Of a stretch of 26,667 nucleotides of DNA, positions 1 through 7,872 are shown piece by piece. The stretch covers positions 1-26,667 of IMG/VR virus record IMGVR_UViG_3300032239_000979; one strand, given 5' to 3'. The notes under the pieces were generated by a model that was given only the letters and a program-made list of their open reading frames with translations, was not told the DNA's origin and did not search any database. The stretch's first letter is position 1; every line of letters begins with the position of its first letter. Position numbers and translations under genes: made by a program. The stretch comes from a virus. Lineage: Duplodnaviria > Caudoviricetes.

Positions 1-625
1 AGTCACTGCTGGGCAGATTGCGGGTAACACTGCGGCGCAAGAAGCTGCTGCACGCACCGCTGCAGCCACCGGCCAGCTCAACCTTGGCCAGCAAGTGCAA
101 CAGAGCGGGTTGGCCGATGTCAATGCGTTGTCCACCTTGGGCCAGCAACAGCAGCAGATTGAACAGAATAGACAGTTGTTCCCGTTGGAAGTGGCCGCCA
201 AGCAAGCCGCCATCATGAGTGGCGCTCAAATTCCAACGACGGTGACGCAGACCATGGAAGGTTCGCCGTTGTCCGCCATAGCCGGGCTAGGCAGCCTGAC
301 CGCAGGCATGTTCACCTCGCAGCCTAAGTACGATCCAGTGACTGGCAAGATCATCGGCACGACAACTCCAGCAGCCAATATCGGCGATGCGATTAGTTCT
401 GGGTGGAATGCGATAAAACAGTACATCCCAAGTTTGAATACAAATCCCGGTGGAACCGCCACTACGGTAGGCGGAAACTTGGGCGCAGGAAATGATTTTG
501 GGTTGGGTTCTGGTTCGATTTCAACTGATGCAAGTGGCAATTCGATAGACCCAACTGCAAATACAAATCAATTGGGGTATTGGGATTATTCAGATCCGAA
601 TAACCCCGTATTTGTTAACGGATAA
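1..625 (+). CDS. Putative DNA ejection / internal virion protein, 5'-truncated
   Basis: Frame is open from position 2 (VTAGQIAGNTAAQEAAAR...) to the TAA at 623-625. G/A/Q/T-rich low-complexity composition, lies upstream of a transglycosylase-bearing protein at the end of the late operon. Confidence 0.65.
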   Translation, partial: VTAGQIAGNTAAQEAAARTAAATGQLNLGQQVQQSGLADVNALSTLGQQQQQIEQNRQLFPLEVAAKQAAIMSGAQIPTTVTQTMEGSPLSAIAGLGSLTAGMFTSQPKYDPVTGKIIGTTTPAANIGDAISSGWNAIKQYIPSLNTNPGGTATTVGGNLGAGNDFGLGSGSISTDASGNSIDPTANTNQLGYWDYSDPNNPVFVNG

Positions 626-636
626 AGGCGTAAATC

Positions 637-2721
637 ATGGGCGACACAATCAAAGGCGGTCTTGCATTTGCAGACCCAGCAAAGATCAATCCCTATGGCG
701 CAAAAGAAGAAGACCTGTCCGAGTACCAGCAATCGCTTCAGGACAGCGTTAATGCGCTCCAGATGCGCTATGCCCAGCCGAACTGGTTCAACGTCGCTGC
801 GGGTTTTCTGAAGCCCCAATTGGGCGGCTTTGCGGCATCGTTGGGTAGTGCATCGCAAGCCATGGGCGAAAACTTGGAAAAGCAGCGCGAATCGCAATTG
901 CCCATCGCGCAGATGCGTAGCCAGCTTGCTATGTCCAAGATCGCCATGGGGCAGAACAAGTCTGTAGCAGACATGGAAAAGGAACGGCTTCGAGTTGGGG
1001 ATCCTTTAACACCGCAATATGTATCTAAGCTAGTGAATATTGCACCAGACTCGCCGCAAGCAAAAGCTGCTCAAGCTGAACTTGCAACGATGCAAAAGAA
1101 TCGGGAGTTGGAATCTTCTGAGATAAGCAGCCGCGCTACACAATACGGTCAAGCCTTACAAGAGATCAATCTCAATGTGGCTAACCACATATACAAAACA
1201 CCGCAAGAATATCAAGCGGCGCTAGCTGCTGCAAAAGCTGCATATGGACCAAAAGAACCTTCTGTGGTACGTCCGCCCAATACGAATGTTATTGATAAAG
1301 GCGGCGCGGGAAGTACTGGAGCTGTTCAGCCACCTGAAGCTGCTGTTCAACCACCTGCGGCTGGAGCTGTTCAGCCGCCTGCGGTTGCTGTTGCGCCAAA
1401 AATTATGGGTGCCCAAGACTTTATCACTAAGTCGATATACCAAGATGAAAGCCCGGACGGAAAACCAAATCCGAATTCAACAGCGGTTGGCAGAGGCCAA
1501 ATGACTAAGGACACTCGGGAGTACATTTACAAAAAATACCACATGAATGCTAAACCGGAGGAGTACGCCACAAATCCGGAGGTAGCGGCTTCATATGACT
1601 ATGCCAACCTTGCGGATAACCATGTTGCATTAAAAGACCCAACTGCGTTTAATCACCGAGTCTTATGGTGGTTTGGCCAAGGCGATGGTCCAAAAATTCT
1701 TAACGCCAAAGACGATGCAAAATTGGGATCGCTTGGGTTGTCTTTGAAAGAAAATAAAGAAGAGCCGCTAAAGGATCAATACAAGATTAACCGTTTGTCG
1801 CCCGATACCACCGTGGGCGATCTGAAGGACCAGATTAGAAGCCAATTACAGAAGCGCGGTATTGATCCAAATACCCGAATAGCTTTTGACCAACAAAGCG
1901 CTACCGAAGCTGCGCCTGTTGCTGTTGAAAAACAGCCTACCAAAATTTCGTGGAGCGATAAAAGCTATCCAGTGCCAAAACCTGTTGTGCCAGAAGATTT
2001 AGACATTAATGCAAAAAATAAATATCTAGAAACAAATGTCAAAAATTCTACTGAGTTTGTAAATAATTTGGCCGCAATGGCAAATGATTCAAGCACCATC
2101 AATCGAAGAACAAATTTGCTCAAGACGGCAGAGCTAGTACAAGACCCATTGGTGCAAGCATGGATTGCCCGCAATAGCCCAACATCCGTTTCCAAAACAA
2201 TCAGGGATGCTTTGGCGAGTGATTCCATGCCTGCTTTTGTGCAAAGCATTACCCGAGGCACTCATGGGTTGCTGCCAACTGATAGTCCTAAGATGGTTTC
2301 GCAGGTGCAAAAGTACGTGCAAAACTTGGCGCAAGAACAGCAATATGCCAATCAGATGCAAGCGGCATCAACGAATAAGCAGTTGCAGCTTGAGCAGTTT
2401 TCTGCGGTAAACCCTGAAATGCAGCCGAAGGCCGCAATGCAAAAAATAGCTGAAGAGCTTCACAAAATACAGAGGCTATCTACAATGCCGTATCTGCTGG
2501 AGCCCTATGCGGCTTCTGGTCATACTATTGCAAGCATGCTCAACTCAGATAGGGTGAATGATTACAACAACCACTGGAGCGCTTTGCATCAGGCGCTTCC
2601 AGCATTTGCCAATGGTAATTTTTCAAATGGAAGGCCAGAGCTACCTCTTGCATTGACGCATCCAGATGCGTACAAGCCCGGATTCAACTATGAATCCTTG
2701 AAACCGAAAGGGAAACAGTAA
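637..2721 (+). CDS. Putative ejection / internal virion protein with a central lytic transglycosylase (SLT/lysozyme-like) domain
   Basis: 694 aa, AAAGG upstream. Motifs QDES..NPNSTAVGRGQMT..T and WWFGQGDGPKIL resemble the ES / A.G..Q / HF.G.GG motifs of phage SLT-like domains. Confidence 0.7.
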   Translation: MGDTIKGGLAFADPAKINPYGAKEEDLSEYQQSLQDSVNALQMRYAQPNWFNVAAGFLKPQLGGFAASLGSASQAMGENLEKQRESQLPIAQMRSQLAMSKIAMGQNKSVADMEKERLRVGDPLTPQYVSKLVNIAPDSPQAKAAQAELATMQKNRELESSEISSRATQYGQALQEINLNVANHIYKTPQEYQAALAAAKAAYGPKEPSVVRPPNTNVIDKGGAGSTGAVQPPEAAVQPPAAGAVQPPAVAVAPKIMGAQDFITKSIYQDESPDGKPNPNSTAVGRGQMTKDTREYIYKKYHMNAKPEEYATNPEVAASYDYANLADNHVALKDPTAFNHRVLWWFGQGDGPKILNAKDDAKLGSLGLSLKENKEEPLKDQYKINRLSPDTTVGDLKDQIRSQLQKRGIDPNTRIAFDQQSATEAAPVAVEKQPTKISWSDKSYPVPKPVVPEDLDINAKNKYLETNVKNSTEFVNNLAAMANDSSTINRRTNLLKTAELVQDPLVQAWIARNSPTSVSKTIRDALASDSMPAFVQSITRGTHGLLPTDSPKMVSQVQKYVQNLAQEQQYANQMQAASTNKQLQLEQFSAVNPEMQPKAAMQKIAEELHKIQRLSTMPYLLEPYAASGHTIASMLNSDRVNDYNNHWSALHQALPAFANGNFSNGRPELPLALTHPDAYKPGFNYESLKPKGKQ
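1318..1392 (+). repeat. Three imperfect tandem coding repeats (AVQPP) forming a linker
   Basis: gctgttca(g/a)cc(a/g)cct occurs three times; protein GAVQPPEAAVQPPAAGAVQPPAVAV. Confidence 0.8.
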
Positions 2722-4196
2722 TGGGTCCTGAAGCAGAAGAATTTGATTATCTCAGTCCTGCGCTGACTAAAAAGTCTAAAGAGGCGGTAAAACCCGCTCC
2801 TAAAGCTGCGCCTGAAACATCATTGTCAGCAACGCCTGAAGCTACGACTGAAGAAAAGCAAGATGACAATCTTGGCTATTTAAGCAGCACGGGAAAAACT
2901 CCCGCGCCTGATTATTCGCAGCTCATTGCTGATGCAAAACGCGATGCCAATTTATGGGCAGGTGGCGAGTTGGGCGCTTTAGCTGGCGCAGCAGGTCCTG
3001 TTATTAGGGGTATTGGACCTTTTGCCAAAGAACAGCTTGCGGATGTTTTTGGAATGGCATTGAAAAAAATGCCGGGATTTGCTTCATCCGTCAATCCACA
3101 AAATTTAACAACCACTTCGCCTACAACCCCATCCGCATCAACGATTGAAAATACTGATGCTCAAATTGCACGTATTTTGCAAGGTGGAGAAGGATCTACA
3201 GAAGGAACTACTGGAAGAGCGCGACATACGGGGTATCAAATTGAAACCGCACAACAAGCCGCAGCCAAGGAAATGGCTGATGAAATTTCAAAATTGATGC
3301 GTCGTACTGGAATGTCGGAATTTGATGCTCGTCAATTTTTAGCAAAACAACCGGGATTGACCGCCTCTCCAGCAGGAATTATTTATCCACGAAGCGAATC
3401 ACGGCCAACTATTGGGGCTAGAACATATAAAGCTGCTCCGGTAAATGCACAGGCATCTCAAACTGGAATTCCAACTGTTGGAAGCGAAGAGATTCCAGTT
3501 ATAGGTGGAGCAAATGCTTCTGTGCAGCCTGCTAAATCGCCACTGCCAACAACTACTGCTCCAGCACCAGTTACCAGTTCGTTTGGTGAGCCATCTTTTG
3601 GGCAAGAAGTAGTTAAAGCCGCAAAAAATGTAGGTAAAGTAATTGGCTCTTCCGGATATGGTCTTTTGCATGGCATGAATTTGGTAAACCAATTGCAAGA
3701 AGCTCTTGATGTTGGAGACCAACATAAAGCTGAAATGATTGGGCGCTTGATTAGCGCAACAGGAAGTGCCGCAGATTTAGCAAGCAATTTCACACCAGAA
3801 ATATGGCGTCATGGACTTCGCCAATATTTGAGTCCATTGGCTATGATTGGAGCAGGCGCAGCAGATGTGGCCAAAGGTTATGGTGAAGTATCTCAAGCGC
3901 GGCAACCCGGTGAGTCCCAAGCTGATTACGAAAAACGCACGACAACTGGAGCTATGCGCATGCCTAGCGCGGTTGTACGTACTGCAATTGGCATGATTAA
4001 TCCTCTTGCCGGTTTTGCAATGATGGCCCCGCCATTGTCACCAGAATACGCGATGGCACATCCTGAGCAAGCTCGTCAATGGGCAGAGCTTGGTATATAC
4101 GACAACCCCGAATTGACACGCGCAGGGATTAAAAGCCCTTTAAGCCAATATGAAAGAAAAGTGGGCGCAGGTCGTGGTGTAATCAATCCACCTTAA
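2721..4196 (+). CDS. Putative ejection / internal virion protein
   Basis: 491 aa, coupled to the previous gene (TAATG), A/G-rich hydrophobic stretches, last gene before the terminator. Confidence 0.55.
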   Translation: MGPEAEEFDYLSPALTKKSKEAVKPAPKAAPETSLSATPEATTEEKQDDNLGYLSSTGKTPAPDYSQLIADAKRDANLWAGGELGALAGAAGPVIRGIGPFAKEQLADVFGMALKKMPGFASSVNPQNLTTTSPTTPSASTIENTDAQIARILQGGEGSTEGTTGRARHTGYQIETAQQAAAKEMADEISKLMRRTGMSEFDARQFLAKQPGLTASPAGIIYPRSESRPTIGARTYKAAPVNAQASQTGIPTVGSEEIPVIGGANASVQPAKSPLPTTTAPAPVTSSFGEPSFGQEVVKAAKNVGKVIGSSGYGLLHGMNLVNQLQEALDVGDQHKAEMIGRLISATGSAADLASNFTPEIWRHGLRQYLSPLAMIGAGAADVAKGYGEVSQARQPGESQADYEKRTTTGAMRMPSAVVRTAIGMINPLAGFAMMAPPLSPEYAMAHPEQARQWAELGIYDNPELTRAGIKSPLSQYERKVGAGRGVINPP

Positions 4197-4256
4197 TCAG
4201 GCGCGTCCACAAATAACCGCAATCACGGCAAGCAAAACCAAAAAACACCAGCCCAT
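4197..4256 (-). CDS. Unannotated 19-aa hydrophobic peptide MGWCFLVLLAVIAVICGRA
   Basis: Minus strand reads AGAGGAG-aaactg-ATG, a strong RBS with 6-nt spacing. Its TGA directly abuts the TAA of the convergent gene. Confidence 0.55.
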   Translation of the reverse strand: MGWCFLVLLAVIAVICGRA

Positions 4257-4283
4257 CAGTTTCTCCTCTGGTCTTACGACCTT

Positions 4284-4310
4284 AGCCCCCATCGCTGGGG
4301 GCTTTTTTTT
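4284..4310 (+). terminator. Rho-independent terminator of the late operon
   Basis: AGCCCCCA-TCGC-TGGGGGCT hairpin followed by a T run, located between convergent operons. Confidence 0.85.
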
Positions 4311-4536
4311 ACATCGACCCGCGTTTTTCGCTGAGTGCCCGAGCCACCTCGGTATTCAACGACCGCACGAACTTGATGCACTCCGCACGCTCTGCGCGGG
4401 CGTACTTCATGGCCACGGCCTTCTCCACCGCCGCACACAGCTCATAGACGTCCACCTCATCGGCATACAGGCCATCCTTGCTGCGCATATCGCAGCTCAG
4501 GAATACTTTGCGCATTTCATCTTTTGTAAGCATCAT
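4309..4536 (-). CDS. Hypothetical protein
   Basis: 75 aa, ATGA overlap with the upstream nuclease gene. Confidence 0.7.
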   Translation of the reverse strand: MMLTKDEMRKVFLSCDMRSKDGLYADEVDVYELCAAVEKAVAMKYARAERAECIKFVRSLNTEVARALSEKRGSM

Positions 4537-5318
4537 TCATGTCCATTCTTGAGTTGCCAAAAATTCAACAGGTGGACAAACATCTTCCACCCGCGATCCA
4601 GATCTTCTGAGCTCCATTCCTTGACCACGGCTAGGCCGGGCACAGAGCGGCTCACAAACACGTTCCCGCAGCGCGCCTTGGGCACGCCCAGACCGACGCG
4701 GTAGGCGGCCACCTGCATCAGGTGCTCATCGTATGCATCCACCTTTGCCGGGTCCGAGAACTCCTTGGTCTTGATGTCCAGCACGATGCCGTCAAACCCG
4801 TCTCGGGCTGGTGCGTACAGGTCGGACTTACCGCCAAACCCGAGCTCGTGGCCGAAAGCCCGCTCCGCAATCCAAGGCTGGACGCCAAAAGCAACCTTGA
4901 TGGCCTCTACGCAGCCCTCCACGGACTTTTCGTGGCCTCGGACTACCTGACCCTCATAGTAGCCCTGAACGGCGGCGTGAATGTCCGTTCCGGCGTCCGC
5001 AGCCGCCCGTCCCTGCTCCTTGGAGTCCTGCACGATCCGCTTGCAGTAATCCTCATCGGCCTCGTCGGCGCGTTTTGGCAGCGTCAGGGCGGCCATCAGC
5101 ACCTGATTCATCAGCCAAGCCGTCAGGGCGGGCTTTGCAGCCACGTTCAGGATCGTGGTGACCGATGGAACCAAACTTTGGATGCGGGCGTCTCGGAGCG
5201 TTGTATTGCGCTGCTGGCCGTTCTTGCCGGTGACCGTGTACCGAGGGATTCCGTCACGGGTGTACCAATGATTCGACTCAGAGGCTCTGGGTTGTGATAT
5301 TTGCACTTTGTTTTCCAA
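4533..5318 (-). CDS. PD-(D/E)XK exonuclease (lambda Exo / RecB / Cas4-like superfamily)
   Basis: Motifs PSVTTIL, GTDIH, E..F....GFGGKSD, LDIKTK and QVAAY. The true start may be the GTG at 5306. Confidence 0.8.
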   Translation of the reverse strand: MENKVQISQPRASESNHWYTRDGIPRYTVTGKNGQQRNTTLRDARIQSLVPSVTTILNVAAKPALTAWLMNQVLMAALTLPKRADEADEDYCKRIVQDSKEQGRAAADAGTDIHAAVQGYYEGQVVRGHEKSVEGCVEAIKVAFGVQPWIAERAFGHELGFGGKSDLYAPARDGFDGIVLDIKTKEFSDPAKVDAYDEHLMQVAAYRVGLGVPKARCGNVFVSRSVPGLAVVKEWSSEDLDRGWKMFVHLLNFWQLKNGHE

Positions 5319-5796
5319 TTCGATAAATTTTTGCGTTGGTCATGTCGATGAAGGCGTTATTCCGGGTGGCCTTTCCGCCGTTGATATTTGCTTGCGTTTC
5401 GGTGCTTTCTACTCTTAGCTTCGCCATCAAACTCCCATACTGATCTGACAGCTTTTGTACGAGCAAAATTTTCTCGTCTACCAGATACAGAAGCCCCACG
5501 CATGGAACTCCAAGGGATGTCGCTATCTGCATCGCGTTTTGCACTTTTGTCCATGTCATTAGCCATTCGTTGTTGAATGAATTTTGAAACTGCACCAGTG
5601 TCAAGTTGTACCGGCACTTGGTCTCCACCACTGCGCGCATAGTCCCGCCGCGCTCGTCGGTGATGATTGCGTCAATGAGCGCCGGTGAGTCTTTTGGGGT
5701 CTCAATGTATCGGCACTTCCAAGCCTCTTCAATCCACATGGACATGATCCGCTCGTGCATGAGCGAGTCTTGGCCACGGGATGAAAGGATGTCCAT
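5278..5796 (-). CDS. Putative PD-(D/E)XK restriction-endonuclease-fold protein
   Basis: IDAII...VVETKCR gives a D...ExK pattern; 172 aa. Confidence 0.6.
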   Translation of the reverse strand: MDILSSRGQDSLMHERIMSMWIEEAWKCRYIETPKDSPALIDAIITDERGGTMRAVVETKCRYNLTLVQFQNSFNNEWLMTWTKVQNAMQIATSLGVPCVGLLYLVDEKILLVQKLSDQYGSLMAKLRVESTETQANINGGKATRNNAFIDMTNAKIYRIGKQSANITTQSL

Positions 5797-6240
5797 TTAT
5801 TGCGATGGAGCTTGCACAGGTTCACTTCTTAAAATTATTGAGTCAGGGGAGCCAAAAAGTTCTTTAAAAGCCGCATTAGATTCTTCTTGATTTTTAAATG
5901 TTTTTTTCAATAGCACTTCAATCCATTTGCGGTTTATCAATATCTCCCTTATTAACGATTTCATTACTTCTTCCTGCAATGTAAAATTTTTAAATTTTTC
6001 TTTTTTAGATTGACGAATAACTTTTGGAAGTCCAATCTCAATATTTAAATCTCTTGCAAGGTCACTCATACTAGACCAATCAACCGAAAATCCGAGCTCT
6101 TGAGATGCTTTTTCTGCTAATGCTCTTTTGGTCATAGTCCGAACAATGTCCGGATTGTCTTTTAACCATTGCACAAGTTTGTAAGAATTGACATGAGTCA
6201 ATCGACTGCGTTGAATACGTTTTGGTGTTTCAGTTGTCAT
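5797..6240 (-). CDS. Hypothetical protein, possibly HTH DNA-binding; AT-rich
   Basis: 147 aa, basic. TKRALAEKASQELGFSVDWSSMSDL looks HTH-like. Visibly more AT-rich than its neighbours. Confidence 0.6.
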   Translation of the reverse strand: MTTETPKRIQRSRLTHVNSYKLVQWLKDNPDIVRTMTKRALAEKASQELGFSVDWSSMSDLARDLNIEIGLPKVIRQSKKEKFKNFTLQEEVMKSLIREILINRKWIEVLLKKTFKNQEESNAAFKELFGSPDSIILRSEPVQAPSQ

Positions 6241-6267
6241 GAGTTTCTTCAGTGGTTAAAAATAGGT

Positions 6268-6333
6268 GGGGTACTCGCTGCATCTGATGTTACGTATGGA
6301 CAAGATACATACCGCCAGCATCCGCTTTCCCCC
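6268..6333 (-). ncRNA. Candidate structured RNA with a loop-E (GAA/AGUA) motif and two opposed 3-nt bulges
   Basis: Minus strand: GGGG-GAA-AGC-GGA-UGC-UG...GUAUG..CAUAC...CA-GAU-GCA-GCG-AGUA-CCCC, filling the intergenic gap. Confidence 0.55.
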
Positions 6334-6340
6334 GTTTTAA

Positions 6341-6985
6341 TTAAAAGGGGACGTCATCATCCATGTCATCAAAGCCACTTCCGGTTGGGGTGGCCTGCTT
6401 GCGCACAGGGTCTTGGCGTGATTTCCACTCCGGGGACCCTTCGATGATTGTTTTGACACCCTTGGACAGCTTGTTGTAGACCTCGGGGTCAAAGTTGTCC
6501 ATGTCGAATTCGAGCAGCTCGTTGTGGCCATTGGGCAGCCCGGCGCGCTTGATGGCTGCGGGCACGGGATTGACGTTGGCAATGTTGGTGTATTCCTTGC
6601 CGTTCTGACCGGCACTCTTCACAATGGACAACATGGCCCACGCGCCCAAAATGTTTTTCAGGTCAAAGCTGTTCAGCTCATCAAGGGTGAATTCTCGGCC
6701 CCGCCAAGAGATCAAATCGGCCCGTAGAGCGGCTTTTTCAGCCAATGAGCGGGTATACCGCTTGCTGACCGACATGGGCTCGTTCTTGTCCGTTACCAAC
6801 GGCTGGCCATCGGCGTCTTCGCCATGCACCTCGAACTGGACCATGATCTTCCTGTTGTATTTCACCTGTCCTTGAAATTCGCTTTTTTGGGTTCCAAGAT
6901 CCGTGATCCGGTAGCACCGTGCAAGGTGCATCCCGGCTGGGACTTGCTTGAAATCTGAGTTGTCGCTATTCGCACTGATGATCAT
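6341..6985 (-). CDS. Putative ssDNA-binding / replication protein (resembles NGO0469-type phage proteins)
   Basis: N-terminal FKQVPAGMHLARCYRITDLGTQ and an acidic SSB-type C-tail GFDDMDDDVPF. Start taken at ATG 6985. Confidence 0.7.
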   Translation of the reverse strand: MIISANSDNSDFKQVPAGMHLARCYRITDLGTQKSEFQGQVKYNRKIMVQFEVHGEDADGQPLVTDKNEPMSVSKRYTRSLAEKAALRADLISWRGREFTLDELNSFDLKNILGAWAMLSIVKSAGQNGKEYTNIANVNPVPAAIKRAGLPNGHNELLEFDMDNFDPEVYNKLSKGVKTIIEGSPEWKSRQDPVRKQATPTGSGFDDMDDDVPF

Positions 6986-7145
6986 TGATGGTTCTTTCAA
7001 AATAAATTACTTCACGGCGGGGCAGCCCACACTCAAAGCGCAGGATGTCCCAGTCTTGTGCTGTCGCCATGCCCATCTCGGCCCGGTGCATGGCGTCTTC
7101 CAGCATCCGTTTTCGCTCGGTGACGAGCTCTTCGTATTCACTCAT
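6966..7145 (-). CDS. Hypothetical protein (59 aa), first gene of the leftward operon
   Basis: GGAGG RBS before ATG 7145; MSEYEELVTERKRMLEDA... Confidence 0.7.
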   Translation of the reverse strand: MSEYEELVTERKRMLEDAMHRAEMGMATAQDWDILRFECGLPRREVIYFERTINDHQCE

Positions 7146-7173
7146 AACGCGCCTCCAAGTTAAACAGGCCACT

Positions 7174-7205
7174 ACTGTAACACACTTTAACACGATGTTG
7201 CAACA
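7174..7205 (-). promoter_or_regulatory. Leftward sigma70-type promoter with a palindrome over the -35
   Basis: TTGCAA-18 nt-TACAGT with TGn extension; perfect palindrome TGTTGCAACA at 7196-7205. Confidence 0.6.
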
Positions 7206-7228
7206 ACCTACGATTTTTTTTGGTAGCG

Positions 7229-7237
7229 TGATATGAT
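7229..7237 (+). promoter_or_regulatory. Rightward extended -10 promoter for the cro-like operon
   Basis: TGaTATGAT upstream of the AAGGAG RBS and ATG 7259. Confidence 0.5.
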
Positions 7238-7258
7238 CAAAACTTTGAAGGAGACCGC

Positions 7259-7462
7259 ATGACACTTAGTGAGTATTTCCAGACCCTACCAAGGGGGTCC
7301 AAGACGAGCATGTGCAAAGAGCTGAAGATCACCCGGACATGGCTTTCATTGCTGTGTTCCAACCGCCGCCGCCCAAGCCCAGCGCTGTCGGTGGCCATCT
7401 CCAAGTACACCCGAAACGCCGTCTCTACGAAAGAGCTGCGGCCAGATTTGTTCAAAAAATGA
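7259..7462 (+). CDS. Cro/YdaS-like HTH transcriptional regulator
   Basis: 67 aa, MTLSEY...ELKITRTWLS...PSPAL...ELRPDLF; first gene after the divergent promoters. Confidence 0.8.
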   Translation: MTLSEYFQTLPRGSKTSMCKELKITRTWLSLLCSNRRRPSPALSVAISKYTRNAVSTKELRPDLFKK

Positions 7463-7773
7463 AGTGGTACAAGTTCCCGGTCACCGAGTACCGGAGTCAC
7501 ATTGGCCATCTGGTGGATGCTGAGGATCTGGCTTTCCGGCGGTTGCTGGACTGGTACTGGATGTCCGAGCAGCCAATCCCTGCGGACCAGATTGCCTCTA
7601 TCACAAAGTTAGACATTGCAGAATCCGAGCGCGTGCTCAAGGACTTTTTTGTGTTAAAAAATGGATGCTATCATCTGCAATGGGTAGATGAGGAACTTGT
7701 TAAAAGACAGGACCGCACCAAGTTGAACCAAAAATCTGGCAAACTTGGTGGCAGACCGAAGAAATTGGTGTAG
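7459..7773 (+). CDS. DUF1376/YdaU-family protein (short paralogue)
   Basis: MKWYKFPVTEYRSHIGHL...EDLAFRRLLDWYW..EQP and a C-terminal GKLGGRPK; ATGA overlap with the cro-like gene. Confidence 0.8.
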   Translation: MKWYKFPVTEYRSHIGHLVDAEDLAFRRLLDWYWMSEQPIPADQIASITKLDIAESERVLKDFFVLKNGCYHLQWVDEELVKRQDRTKLNQKSGKLGGRPKKLV

Positions 7774-7778
7774 TATTT

Positions 7779-7867
7779 GGGCACGGCTACCTTTAGCGGG
7801 GGAAAAGGCGATTCGTTACCGCCCTGCCGATGCTTCTTTCAGTAACGCGAACCTAGAACGTAAGGTT
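7779..7867 (+). ncRNA. Candidate cis-regulatory structured RNA upstream of the replication initiator
   Basis: Outer stem GGGCACGGC / GCCGATGCTT encloses two hairpins. Loop CGTTAC is complementary to downstream GTAACG (7842-7847). An AACCT/AGGTT hairpin covers the RBS. Confidence 0.55.
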
Positions 7868-7872
7868 GAAAA

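Noticed and set aside
4533-5318. Cas4 / CRISPR association
   Set aside because: No Fe-S cysteine cluster, no other cas genes and no repeat-spacer array in the window.
7312-7458. N-terminal extension of the 153-aa ORF
   Set aside because: It overlaps the cro-like gene; the family motif starts at ATG 7459.
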